A stretch of DNA of 60,799 nt, from contig MCFE01000537.1 in NCBI GenBank assembly GCA_002104905.1, positions 1 through 60,799 of the forward strand. The letters run 5' to 3'. This document shows positions 25,056 to 37,500 of the stretch, one piece after another. A program made the translations under genes and the position numbers. Below the pieces are notes generated by a model. It was not told the origin of the DNA, did not search any database, and saw only the letters and a program-made list of their open reading frames with translations. This stretch comes from Basidiobolus meristosporus CBS 931.73. Its lineage: Eukaryota > Fungi > Basidiobolomycota. Within the stretch, counting starts at the first letter, position 1. The number at the start of each line of letters is the position of its first letter.

Positions 25056-26022
25056 CTAAAAGAAGGAAGGAGTGAGATGGCTCTTGATCCAGTCTTCTTG
25101 TGAAGACACGCGGGCAAAGGCTGCTGGCACATCTAGGTCGCAGCCTGCACTATAACTGGTGATCCCTATTAAGCACGGACTCTCGTCGGCACCATATGAT
25201 ACCAATGGTCCACCGGAATCGCCGCTACATACGTCTATCGCAAGAACGAAATAGGGTTAAACGAATGGAACATTACACCGGGGCCTGACTATAATTGGCC
25301 AAGTGAAAAGCAACCTACTTTTTCCAGCGGTGTTATTGCCAACGCACAGCACTGCCGCCGGATCAAATGGCATATCCAAGGCCGTATATTTTTGCACACA
25401 CACATCATCGTCGAATACCTGCATATCTATCTCCTGTAGAAGATCCGGGTATTCAGTAGGAGCGACCAAGCCCCATCCGAGCGCTTTCACTCTGTGCTGG
25501 TTCTTGATCGGCCGGTCCATTCTATGAAAAGCGATGCTTTTCACCGCTGGTGGTGTGGCCTCTGCCAACTTCAATATAGCAACTGACCAACGAAAAATCA
25601 GTTAGTCAAAGTCCCGATGGGTTTATGACCCTGCCAAACCTACAATCGTTGACCGCGCGCTCCCTGTCCCAGCCGGGGTGGATGGAGACATTCACGGCCC
25701 GTATCACCGCTCCTCCCTCATCTTCTGCCTGCTTTCTCAGATCCTGTCTCAATAGATGAACCATCACATCTCCCGGCGGTCTCTCGTGGAAACAATGGGC
25801 CGCGGAGAGGATGGTCGTAGAGTCAAGAACCGCGCCACCGCACCATCGCATGTCTCCCGTTGCGGGATTCCGAAGATAAGTGAACGCCATCCACGGATAG
25901 CTTCTGGAGGACTCCACAGTGGTTCCACCATAGATAAGGTATTTGGGACGGGTGATGCCCGTTGGAATCGAGAGAGTGAGCTGACCGCAGAGGAGGAATA
26001 TCAACAACCGTTGGGGATCCAT
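25056..26022 (-). CDS. Secreted S1 (trypsin/chymotrypsin fold) serine protease, 3 exons
   Basis: Signal peptide, IYGG activation site, CGG...SAAHC, NDFAILKL (across intron 25583-25643), CSGDSGGP (after intron 25235-25318); catalytic triad complete. Confidence 0.92.
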
Positions 26023-26741
26023 TTGTGGGGGGAGTTAAAAGGCAGGTGGGCGGAGGATCATAAAGTGTTCAGTTGGGAAATTTAGTGTTGTCTTCCTGTA
26101 CACCCGGATGCAGCCTGGATCTAGATGTCCAAGCCCTGGAGGGCGATTAAATGGTGGGAAATGCACACAATCTGAAGCGCTTGGGATTGGATCATATCTC
26201 TCAATGAATATGAAACAGACACTTGCATAGGATTAAAGGGGGTTTTCTTACCAATCTGTATATATAATAGTCGTCGCCCTGCCTGAGGAATTCTCCGGTT
26301 GGATAGCATCTTTTGAGCGGACGAAATCTGAGGAGACCGTTGATCGAATGTTTCGAGTTCGCTTGTTTATTGTTAACTACGCGTACAGGTAATCATCGCC
26401 ACTCAGGTGACGCGTGATCGTCCAGTGTGTTCAGTCAGAAAGCGATGTCAAGGCGTTGAACTCCAGATCACCGATATCCCACATCATTTTATATTCAGCT
26501 TGCTCATGTACAACATTATGAGGGGGAGGGGTGGGGAAGATACCTTGGTGATAACAAATACGTGGATGTGCAAGATGGATCGATGCTTATCATATTGTAT
26601 AATACAGTATTCCAGATTCATGGCCTGGGAGTTCCTAAAATTAATCTGATTGGCCAGCCTTGGGGATGGCATTCGGCGTGCCTTACCCATGTTGGACCTT
26701 GCGCTCTGGGTTTCTATCTGGTCTTGAGGAGCGTATTGCCA

Positions 26742-27812
26742 CTACGATTTGGCAAGGGACTTCAGGGCTACGGCACGGCTGATGAAGAGGTCGTACCACT
26801 TATCTAACTCTTGGGACGTAAATCTGCTGATGGCTTCCTGAAACCGCTGATCATCAAGATCTAACAGTGCGAGGGCATTCTTACTGATCCCTCGCAGTTT
26901 CAAGCAGCATCTTGGCCTATGCACCTCTCCGTCCTCTTGAGGGGCATTCCGATGGCAGCCGGGTTTGGGCGTTTCACCATGGGAACCGTAGGACAATTGG
27001 ATCTTCCGACGCAAATGCTCCTCCGCTGTAGCACATTGTTTCTCCACCTCCACCTCTGCCTTCGCCACCGAGTCAACTCGTGGAGGGGGATGCTCAGTGC
27101 GACCGAGTTTGACAGCTTTTTGGCTGAAATGAAGTGGTCGGTGAACCTTGTAGTGCTTGTAATAAAGGCCACACGCGTTACAGAGAGGGTGTAATCTATC
27201 GGATGTACGTCTCCAGAGAGGAGTGGACGTTGTCTGGCAATTCCAACATGCCAGCTCTCGGGTGTCCGACTTGGACTTTTCTGTGGTGTACAGGGGATGC
27301 AATGGCTGTCCATTTAGCGAGCGGGAGTCTGTGTATGGGTATCCGGAGCCCTCGTGCTGGCGGACCGTGAACGGACACCCACGCTGCTTTTTCCGACCTG
27401 GACTTTTGATGGTCTTTTTCTTCTTACTCATAGGCGTGTCCAGGCGTTTCAGTTGTATCTCTTGTGGGGCGCTTTTCAGACAAGCGCTGAATTTTCCGTC
27501 ATCTAATGGGTCCAGAAAACTCGAGGGATAGCTACCGTCGGTGTAGAGGCCGAAGCAGTTCTGGCCAAGGCTGTTGTCTACGTAATGCTCTGCTATGCCG
27601 GGAAAGGCCCTGTATTCCCACCTGGCGGCTTGCGGAGGAACTGGGGTCCCAGACGGAAGTGGATGAAGGAAACTGGTCTCTGCATGAGAGGCAACGAGTC
27701 CGTACTCCAGCCAGGGGGAGTGGCTAGTGTCGGAGGGGGTAAAACGATCGGTGAATGGGTTATCGTCAAGCCCAAGCTGAGGGATGGTATAGTGCTGGCT
27801 ACTAAAACTCAT
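26742..27812 (-). CDS. GATA-type zinc-finger transcription factor, intronless
   Basis: [31 protein letters not shown] (C-X2-C-X18-C-X2-C). ATG 27812 is the first Met within the 437-codon ORF. Confidence 0.87.
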   Translation of the reverse strand: MSFSSQHYTIPQLGLDDNPFTDRFTPSDTSHSPWLEYGLVASHAETSFLHPLPSGTPVPPQAARWEYRAFPGIAEHYVDNSLGQNCFGLYTDGSYPSSFLDPLDDGKFSACLKSAPQEIQLKRLDTPMSKKKKTIKSPGRKKQRGCPFTVRQHEGSGYPYTDSRSLNGQPLHPLYTTEKSKSDTRELACWNCQTTSTPLWRRTSDRLHPLCNACGLYYKHYKVHRPLHFSQKAVKLGRTEHPPPRVDSVAKAEVEVEKQCATAEEHLRRKIQLSYGSHGETPKPGCHRNAPQEDGEVHRPRCCLKLRGISKNALALLDLDDQRFQEAISRFTSQELDKWYDLFISRAVALKSLAKS

Positions 27813-30800
27813 TACGACGGTTCCAAATTCTTTCACAGCAATCTGATATGAGTGAAGTTCAGAAAGGCGGGATGTTGGGGGGAAATGTGCAAGAAAGCTA
27901 CTGGACGACTGGGCCCATTTATATTGCGGCCACCCAAGGTCTGGCTGGGAATCCAGGCTGCATACTGGATTTCTTCCGACTGGGCAAATGATAGGCTGCC
28001 GGACCCCATTCTGGCTGGTTGCTCGACCGAAATGCGCTCTGCGATAATCTATCACGGTAGTGGATTCTACATATAGTCAGCTAGCTTTCCCGTGTGGTGT
28101 CGAGTTCTCCAACGGTGCCATCTACACATATTTGGTAGCATTGTCTCAACGATCCAAGTCGATGACGTTGGGACATCCTCCAGTGTCAGGCGGCATCGAA
28201 GCACTGAATTGAACCGTATTCTATGATCGGTATATCGAAGCACAGCGGTGGAGGAGGCATCCATCAATGGGGCACTGCTTTGGCCATCGATCATCGATGT
28301 AGTCGAATACATCCTATGAATGCTGCCTGATTTGGCAGCATTCAGTAGCGTGGTTCCGGACAAATGCATCCTTATGATGTTACGCAAGAGCGAATTTTTC
28401 ATTTTCTTCGGCCGGGAGACGTAACCCTACAGGTATTTTCCGAGGATTGCTGAGGAATCTGTAGCGAGTGATTCGTGTGCAAGCTGACCATCAGCTAATG
28501 TGGTGAGGGATGTCTATTCAGGGACAGGGGATGATGCTCCAAGTCAGCAGATGCAAAGTTCCTGGATCCACCAATGGTAGCGGTGGGGACATGGATGTTG
28601 GTGATCTCGGCGAACTGATGGCCACCTCGTCGTAGAGGATGAAAAATCCAACCCTGGTTGGTGAGATATGTGATGGCGATTTGTTTGGTGCATCACCGCC
28701 CTTGGCGACTCATCGGGCTATCCGAAGCTGGTAGAGATCCATCGCTCACTTAACTGATCGTATACTTCACCAGACATCCGATGACAGTCTGACTTTCTTA
28801 CTGATTGGAAGAAAACTAGGCCTCGGGGAACATGAGCCAACTACGAGTGCGTCCCTCCCATGCATGTGCTTGGGCGTACGTAGAGTATTCTCAGAATGCC
28901 ACCTCCATTCCTAGTGATCTGCGGGGAGTTTTACCGAGGAGCAGAGATCCTAGCCAACATGGTATATAACCTTTATCTACACATTACAGACCGAGTTTAT
29001 CTCGATCACTCGTTTCACCGGCTCAATGTACCCAACCTATTCGGGGCTTGACTAGTAGGGATATGAGGGGATATTGGCTGGTTTCTGAGGAAGGAGCTTG
29101 CTCTCGATTTCCGGGGGAATTGTGGTCGTCGACTCCGTACCATATCGGTCAGAACTGGAAATCATGGAAACAAACGGCTTTGCCGTCTACATATCATCCC
29201 ATCGAAGCATTTAAAACCTCAAGCCTGTGTCCAACGATGGGAAGTTGCCGTAGGGGCCCTGCATCTTTGCGTGATGGGTCAATCGGCATACTTGCTCCTC
29301 TAGATATGGTTCGATTCCTGACTGTTGTATTCCATCCTGCTATGAGTCCCATGGCCGCCCTCGGGAAGAGTCCATACAAAATGGCACACTTCTACTAGCT
29401 ACCTCGGCTGGATTGCATCATGACTGTCGCAAGCAATCGATTTTGCAAGAATGGTCACCGTTAGAACTATGCTGATGGCATAGCTACATTAAGAGCTGGT
29501 GTGATTGGCGAATATGAGAACTAATCTTTTCGTGGCACCGATTATTGGCCAGATGGCTTATTACATTCCTTATGCGAAATATCAAATTTGGATTTCATAT
29601 GGCATTCTGCTGGTGGTTTTCTTTCAATTTTTCAGATGCTATATCTCTAGAATCAGTGAGCTGACTGATATCAAGCATGGTGTGAGGGATCCTCGCGCTT
29701 AAGTCCTTCTAGGAAATATGCCTACTTATACTCAAAGTGGTCAGAACATTGGATATTGAAAGATGTCACTTTTGGGAAATTTGGATTTCTGCTAGTATTC
29801 TGCAGGGATTGGCTCTTAACAGCCTTACTTTCAACTGTTGTTACAGTTTTACCCAGCCATTCTTGTACTAATAATTTATGGGCGATACTGTATACACCTA
29901 CTGAATATGGTCAGTATGACTAGAACTACCGGTAGCAGCAGCGGGAACTTGGGGATGGGGTGGAATGTTTGGATTAATGGAGGTCTTTAACCTATTCATT
30001 CATGAGGTCAAATCAAAAGATTTCTGATTCTGTGTGGACCTTATAAAGCTAAGGCTGCAATGGGCTTTGAGCAGCATAGTGGTGGAGTTTTGGTTGCACA
30101 GTTTTGGCCAATGCCACAACTTTGGAATCTCTGATGATCTTGTAATGGAGAAAGCACTATGTTAAAGATATCAGCAACTATTTGTAGTTCCCATTCAGTG
30201 CAAGCTTGTGTCTAAGAACGGGTGGCAGAGTGAATACTTTATTTCCAGGCCAAACTCTTAAGGCTCAGAACATTTCTTACCAAAGTGGCATGTGCCCCGA
30301 ATTTGATATTTCCCCAAGTAGTCCAAGAGACTGCAAGCACACATTACACACATATTCTTGGAGCATTTCTGGACATACTCTACGAACTTTCTTTTGCAAA
30401 GATCTTGGAATAGTATAAGTATCACACTGTGAAGCACATTTGGAAGCTTCTGCATCCTGTTCACTACAGGCCTCAAAATCAGTGATGAGAAATGCATATG
30501 CTGAGTGAAGCTGTGATGCAGCGTGGGCAGTATTATAAAGCAGAATGTGCCCAAGGGATCCAAATTATCTTGCCAAATTTCAAGAAGCTTAGAGCTAGCA
30601 GAGATGTGGAACACTATTTGGCATCATTGGGACTTTGTGGCACAATCCGAAAAGTGCAAGTCTGCTACATCCCCGAATAAATGCCGAAATCAAAAGGCAC
30701 TAAGGTTGCAAGTGACAACGAGGGCTAAGGAGTGGTTTGGAGTATTTAGATACGTCGAGTTGAAAAAAGGCATTGATACCTCAGTCTGAGCTTTGAGAAA

Positions 30801-31281
30801 GTGCAATAAGATGGGAATGTCACGGGGAAGATTTGAGGAAGTGGTGGGCGATGTTTGAGAAGTTTGGAAATGGCCAGCATTCCCACTATTTGAAGAACTG
30901 GGGAATATCATAGAATATTAGGTTAACATTAGTTTCATACTGAACGATGACAAGAGTGCAAGGGAAAGGTGTGGGCCTAGCAATATCGATGGTTTGGAGA
31001 AGTTTAGACCGATCGAGGAACTGGTGCTGGATGCTAACGGCTAGAGAGCTGCTATTTGATCCAGAGATATGGACTTGGTGGGAATTGCTAGTAATTGTAA
31101 GTTGACAAAATCATTGACCATGGAGCCCCCACCCACGAACATGATGCCGGTTCGCGGACTTGTCATTCACTCCATGAGCAATATTGCATCATTAGGCTTG
31201 GGGATATAGTGGAACCAATTTCGCTCCACCCTACCACGAGACCCAAAAGGATGCGATGTAGAAAATTAAGCAATATACACT

Positions 31282-33129
31282 TCAATGCTCTTCGGGCGTA
31301 ACCTTGCGAAAGATATCGTGAGGAGAGGGTCTAGGGCGGTCTGGGTGGTATTCCGGCCAAAGGTGATCGGTGATATAGATGGAGAATGTGCTCTTGTCTG
31401 TTCCTTGGAACTCGCGCCCCTTAGCAGCCAGGTTGGCATCCATGAGTGCGATCATGTACGGCAGCATGTGGACGTTGTCGACCGTGTTGCGGATGCCGTC
31501 CAAGATCGATAACGGTTCCGGGAAGTCGGAAAAGACCATGGTACAAGGGAATTCCTTCCAGTAGTCGGTCATGAGCGGGGCAGCTCGCGGGTGATGGACA
31601 TCCGTCGCAAGAAAGATCATAGGCGACTCGGATGGCTTTCCCATGCAGCTCTCCAAGAAAGTCGGGTCTACTGCCGGAGCTTCTTTGGGATCCTGTCGAC
31701 GCTTGATGGCGGGCTCTGATGACGATCCTGGCAATGATGATGGTGGCAGAGTGTTGTTGCTGGCGAGGTGCTTCTCCTTATCTTGCTTGACCATCTCACG
31801 CAGCCAGACCACGATATGCTCAATACTCTGAGGAATCACGTTTTTGAATCCGCCATCGGCTGTTCGGAGATGGGCCCCCAAAAAGCCAGCCACAGCCCGA
31901 CCAGTCATGGTGATCCACTGGTCGATTTGAGCCTCTGCAACCTTCGTGGCATCCAAGATCGGCTGGTTCCAAATGTCCAGGCTGTGGGTGATGAATCGCT
32001 GCAGTAGCTGGTTGGATTCTGATCGTGCTTCGACACGCTCAATACCAAAGAGTGATCCAAAGTGGATAACCCGCTCTGTTCGTGCCTTCAGGTCAGAGAG
32101 TAACATGGTGTTGGTGTAGCGCCCCTTCCACGTCGTTGGGTCCCGGGGTGGTTCTGGGTGAGCCCGGTAGTCGTGTTCAGAGTCGTCCAGGACTCTGACG
32201 TGGAATCTTGTCGTGTCGTTGATCCAGTAGATTTCGGTGTCCACGTCTTTGATCCCCAGGCGGTCCGTCATCCATGCAATGGTCACGTTGGGCCGGTCAA
32301 AGACCTGGATTGGTTCTGTTTGACGGCCAACACCTACCACATCTCGCAGGACCTTTGGCAGATCATAGAAATATGTCCAGGGTGTCAAGGTCCAGCCATG
32401 ATACCGCCTGCACTCTGTTTCCCGGAATCTGTCCTTTTTGCTCATCGCCTCGAGCTGTTCCGGTGTCTTTTGGGGGAGTACCGTTGGATCATAGTTTCGG
32501 CAGAGTTTGGCTTGTTCCTGAGTTCGTTCTAAGGCGCTCCATCGTGTGAGTGTTGACGATGGCGGTCCCCAGGGTATGTTTTGAGCCTTATCGCTCAGGT
32601 AAAGAGGTGGGAGAAGCAACGTTCTATTGAGGTACGACGCCAATAAAAGAGCCGACTCGAGGGCCAAGCGCTGATTGTGGAACCCGCTGTGAGGGATGTA
32701 TCCGAGAAAACGTTCCTCATCCAAGGGAGGTCGTTCTGGAAACATGGTCAAAAATGGGTTGTGCGCCTTGTTCCCATCTGCTTGCAAAGGTTCTTCCTCT
32801 TCGTGCTCAGTGGTGCTATTTTCCGGAGGTGGTTCAGGTACGGGAATGGTTGGCGCTGACGCTGACGCTGGTATCGGTGTTGGGGTTGCGAGTGAGTGTG
32901 ACGGATCCTGGTTATGGTGTGAGACTGTTATCAACGGGATGACCACTATTTGCACTGTACCCAGCAGAACGATGAGACAGAGCAGCACTGCGACAGCAAT
33001 GATGACCCAGCGCCTGCGCTTGGAGGGTCGAGCCCCGGTTTTGAATAGTGGCAGGGAAGAAGCATCGGTTGACTCTGCTTCGTGGGTTGTCAGTGCGGAG
33101 TACTTTGGGAACCGAAAGTTGAACCACAT
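31282..33129 (-). CDS. GDP-fucose O-fucosyltransferase-like type II membrane glycosyltransferase, 615 aa, intronless
   Basis: N-terminal TM (WVIIAVAVLLCLIVLLG), YIPHSGFHNQRLALESALLLASYLNRTLLLP, GAHLRTADG, IFLATD, FQGTDKSTFS. Confidence 0.8.
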   Translation of the reverse strand: MWFNFRFPKYSALTTHEAESTDASSLPLFKTGARPSKRRRWVIIAVAVLLCLIVLLGTVQIVVIPLITVSHHNQDPSHSLATPTPIPASASAPTIPVPEPPPENSTTEHEEEEPLQADGNKAHNPFLTMFPERPPLDEERFLGYIPHSGFHNQRLALESALLLASYLNRTLLLPPLYLSDKAQNIPWGPPSSTLTRWSALERTQEQAKLCRNYDPTVLPQKTPEQLEAMSKKDRFRETECRRYHGWTLTPWTYFYDLPKVLRDVVGVGRQTEPIQVFDRPNVTIAWMTDRLGIKDVDTEIYWINDTTRFHVRVLDDSEHDYRAHPEPPRDPTTWKGRYTNTMLLSDLKARTERVIHFGSLFGIERVEARSESNQLLQRFITHSLDIWNQPILDATKVAEAQIDQWITMTGRAVAGFLGAHLRTADGGFKNVIPQSIEHIVVWLREMVKQDKEKHLASNNTLPPSSLPGSSSEPAIKRRQDPKEAPAVDPTFLESCMGKPSESPMIFLATDVHHPRAAPLMTDYWKEFPCTMVFSDFPEPLSILDGIRNTVDNVHMLPYMIALMDANLAAKGREFQGTDKSTFSIYITDHLWPEYHPDRPRPSPHDIFRKVTPEEH

Positions 33130-33379
33130 AAATTAAAGCCTTCTAAGGAAAGGCCCTATATTCGCCACAGGAGTAGGTGTGGGGTAGAGATGAATGATAT
33201 GGAGATTTGATGAATGGAGGCTCTAAGATTGGGAGGTGATCACCTGATAGGTTCGAATTTTACTCCTGAAAAGTAGGTAGCCCTTTTTGCCACTTCAGAT
33301 TCCACAATGGTCATACAAGCCACCATGGCTGTTTCCAAGTATACTGTTAAGTAGGAATGGTTGGAAAAGGTACCTGTTG

Positions 33380-33660
33380 CACATGCCTTCTTCTTCTTAT
33401 ATAGACCTTGAATATACCTGAACTAGCCTTATTTGATAGTCTGGGTACCTCTGTCTATGGTGAACTTTATCCCTAAGTGGTAACTGAACTTGTCTATATT
33501 GGACATTTGAACTCCTAAAATAGGCTGAATTTAGACTCTTGCAATGGTTTTTTGATTATTGGTGGCTATTGGAAGATCATCCACATATAGAGTTAGTAGA
33601 AATGTATTTGAACTATCTGCTTATAATAGATACTATAGTCAGTGTTATATCCAAGAGAAA
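33380..33660 (-). mobile_element. Decayed copia RT fragment
   Basis: Minus strand TDYSILL*ADSSNTFLLTLYVDDLPIATNNQ; nucleotide similarity to 35380-35580. Confidence 0.7.
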
Positions 33661-34175
33661 AGTGTAATAAAACTCCTGAATGAGTTAACTGAACCTAAGT
33701 GATAACTAAGTGCAGAATTTCAGAATTGTCAAGAGTGACAGAAATATTAGCAGAGAGGTTCTGGTCTAATATTGGTCTTGTATATAGCTGAGTTGGGCTA
33801 TAAAGGCAACAGAGTTGGTTTGCTATGCAGGCTAGGCTTGGTGTTCTTGGGAGTGCTAGGTATGCTAGGCTTGGGTAGATACTAGAACAGAATTGTTGAA
33901 CTCTTAATTTTGCTGAGACACAATCTTAATTTTGGTGAGACACACACTAAACCAAAAGGTTCAGTAAACTTTATTTATACTTTTCTGATCAAGTTGAGTT
34001 GGTATGCACCAAGAGACTGGACTAATTGAAATCTGTTGGGGTGTTAATAGGTACATAAGATAAATGAAATTTTGCATCATTAATCAGATGTCTTGGCTAC
34101 TGCTAAGTGGTTGGAGAGATCTCAGATGACTAATCACCTGGAAAGGCTAATCAGATCAGTTCAGGATGTAATGAC

Positions 34176-34523
34176 TGTTGTAAGAGTCTTGGAGATATTG
34201 GAAGTGATTGGGAGAACAAGTAGATTATGTGGTTCTCATTTAATAATTTATTGAATGTAAAAGTAGTATCTATACTTTTACATGGTCTTGGCATAACATG
34301 CACATAGAATGGTTAAGGAAGGTCCCAAGAACATGTGTACAAAGCTTGGGGCTGCTTGGATAACTTTAAGAATTCTCATGTTCTGGGTACCAGGTATCTT
34401 GGTGAAAATATTTGAAGTAAATCCCAACAAGGAATCTAGTCAGAATTCTCTAGGATTTGAAGGTAATGCTTAAAGTGACTCAGTTAGGTGAATATTTAGA
34501 TGGAGTTACAAACTTTTACAACA
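34176..34523 (-). repeat. 3' LTR of copia element
   Basis: TGTTGTAAGA...TTACAACA; colinear with 38500-38848; adjacent PPT on the minus strand. Confidence 0.95.
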
Positions 34524-37500
34524 CTCCCACTCAGCTAAATGTTCATACTGACTAGTCCTAATTTTGACCTAAGATATTCAAACTTGTCTCTAGCTAATGG
34601 TTTGGTAAATATGTCTGCAATCATTTCATCTGAAGGACAGTAAACTAAGCCAACTAAGTTATCCTCTATAGCTTCATGTATGAAATGATGTCTGATATCT
34701 ATGTGCCAAGTTCTTGCATGAAAAATTCGGAATTCTACCTAATTGTATACATCCTTGGTTTTCTTGAAATAAAGTAATAGGCATTTTTGACATAGGCCTA
34801 AATCTGTAAAAAGCTTTCATAACCACATTGCTTCTTTTGTAGCTTCACAGGCTGCCATATACTCTGCCTCTGCGGTAGAAGGTGCTATGGTTGGTTGCTA
34901 TCTTGAATTCCATGAAATTGCTCCTTTACAGTAAAGAAAGGTGTATCCTGTAGTGGATCTTCTGTCTTCCAAAATTTGTCCCCAATCAGCATCAGATTAT
35001 CCCACAAGATCTGGTTCTGAGTCCGTATAAGTGTATCTTAGGCAGATATCAGCAGTTCCTCTTAGGTATCTGAAAATCCGCTTAACTGCTGCAATATGAT
35101 CAGATGCATAGTTCTGATTATGTTGGCTGACAACTCCCCTGAGTATGTGATATCTAGCCATGTTCCAAGCATGATATATATCAGAATACCGGCCATAGAT
35201 TGATAAGGAAAGTCAGAGCTTTCAGATGGCACCAAGCTCTCTTGATTTGGCTGTGTTTTGACCAAGTTAAGGCTTGTCTCCATTGGGGTAGCTGCCAGTT
35301 TACAGTCTTCCATTTGGTACTTCTTTATTATATCATAAATATACTTGGATTGGCTTAGGGTGATATTCTGGGTACTTCTGCCTATGGAGAACTTTATCCC
35401 TAAGTGGCAACTGAGTTCTCCTAGATTGGACATCCTGAACTCCTTAGATAGGCTGGATTAAGTCTCTTCCAATGTTGCTAGGTTATTGGTGGCTAAAATA
35501 AGATCATCCACATTTAGAGCTAATAGAACTAGATTTGCTCTATCTGGATTACAGTATATACTATAATCAGCATTACACCTTTTGAAACTCAAAGATTCCA
35601 AATGAGAATCTTTCTTGCAATTCCAGGCCCTTGAGGATTGTATGAGACCATATAGAGACTTTTTAAGCTTGCAGACCAAATGGGGGTTATCTTGGCCAAC
35701 AAACCAATCAGGCTGCTCCATATGTACATCCTCATCAAGTTCTCCATTCAAAAATGCAGTTTTTATATCCATTTGACGTATGTAAAAGCTGTATTGGCTG
35801 CAATAGCCAATATCAATCTGATGGAATTAATCTTGGCTACCAGTGCAAAGGTCTGAGTATAGTCAAGGCCTTTTATTTGAGAGTCTCCTTTGGCCACAAG
35901 TCTTGCTTTGTATCATTCAATTGTACCATTGGCCTTGTATTTTGTCTTGAAGACCCATCTGCATCCAATTGATTTTTGGTAGATTGGTAATTTGACCAAG
36001 TCCCAAGTTTGATTTTCCATCAGGGCCTGATATTCCTCAGTCATTGCAGATCCCCAAAACTTTGTGTGAGGGCCATTTATGGCCTCTTTTACAGTCAGTG
36101 GCTCATCAATATGGACTGAATAGGCATAGGCTAAGTTTGTACACTCATTGATATAGTAATTTGGGCTATTTCTTGTCTGGTTGGATCTCCAGGCATTTGA
36201 TACTGGGATGATCACTTCTGGGATATTCCTGGGCACAGGTTTAGGCTGAACCATGGTTGTAGAGTCCTCTGGAGTGAAAAAATTTCATTGTTTTGCTCTG
36301 ATTCATTTCTGACAATTGGTGGACTTGAGATCAGATTTTTGTCATCATATGATGTCATTTTTTATGAAAATTTGAATTCTCATAAAGAAACACTTCCCTG
36401 GACTTGATAAGCTTCATTGCTTTGGTATTGTAGAGTCTGTATGCTTTACTCTTAATGCAGTAGCCCAAAAATATGCATTTTACACTTTTTGGCTCAAATT
36501 TTGACTGATTTTGGGGCAGTTTCTTGGCATATGCTATACACCCATTTATTTTTAGATGTTCTGCCATTGGTCTGTACCAATACCATGCTTTAAATGGAGT
36601 AGAATCACAAAGTATTCTGGTATAACTCCTATTTTAAGGTACACTGCTGTGGCAACTGATTCCACCCAAAACCACAGGATAAGTTTTGATCATGGATCAT
36701 AGATCTTGCCATATCAATTACTGATCTGTTTAGATGTTCTACTACTCCATTTTGTTGTGGGAAGTATGGTACAGTAGTTCCTTGCTTTTCCCAGGAATTT
36801 TGCAGAAGTGGCTGAAAAGTTTTGAGGTTTTTTCTCCACCATTGCCAGAGTGTTTTTTCTTGATTTTTTCACCAGTTTCTCTCCCCACCATGGCTTTGAG
36901 CTCCCTGAGCTTAGACAGAGCTTCTTCTTTTCTCCCCATGAAGTAGACCCATGTGTATCTTGTATAATCATCAACAAAAGTTATTAAATACTTCATCCCA
37001 CCTAAGGATAAATTTTGCATTGGTCCACACAGATCTAAGTGAATTAGATCTAATTTTTCTTACTTTGATCAACCCAGAGCTCTGGAACAGTTGTCTGGCT
37101 TGTTTCCCACTTATGCAGGCTTCACAGTGCTTCAAATTAGCAGGGGGATCAATTTTACTCTGGAAATTAGCTGATCTTTGATCAATTTTTGCAAATAATA
37201 AAAGTTGATGTGCCCAAATCTCCTGTGCCAAAGCATTGGTATTTCTTCATTTAAGTTACTTATATTGGCTTCTGAATATGACAGAATATATGTCAACTTG
37301 TATAGATTCTGATCTCTGATACCCAAAGCAATACGGACACCATTTTGAACAGTGATATTTCAAACAGAATTGTCAAAGCTGGAACTGTGTCCTTCTACAG
37401 TGGCCTTGCTCACTGATAGTAGGTTCTTGGCTATTTCTGGTACATAGGGTACATCTCTAAAGGTGAGTGTATGGCTTCCTTCACTGCTTCTAAGGCCTAC

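Noticed and set aside
27813-28055. Upstream extension of the GATA ORF in the track, and 4942-5067 for the globin
   Set aside because: Both begin at non-ATG codons; a eukaryotic ATG start downstream is more plausible.
33245-33275. GGTTCGAAT, resembling a tRNA T-loop
   Set aside because: The T-stem does not pair, and no D arm or acceptor stem can be built.
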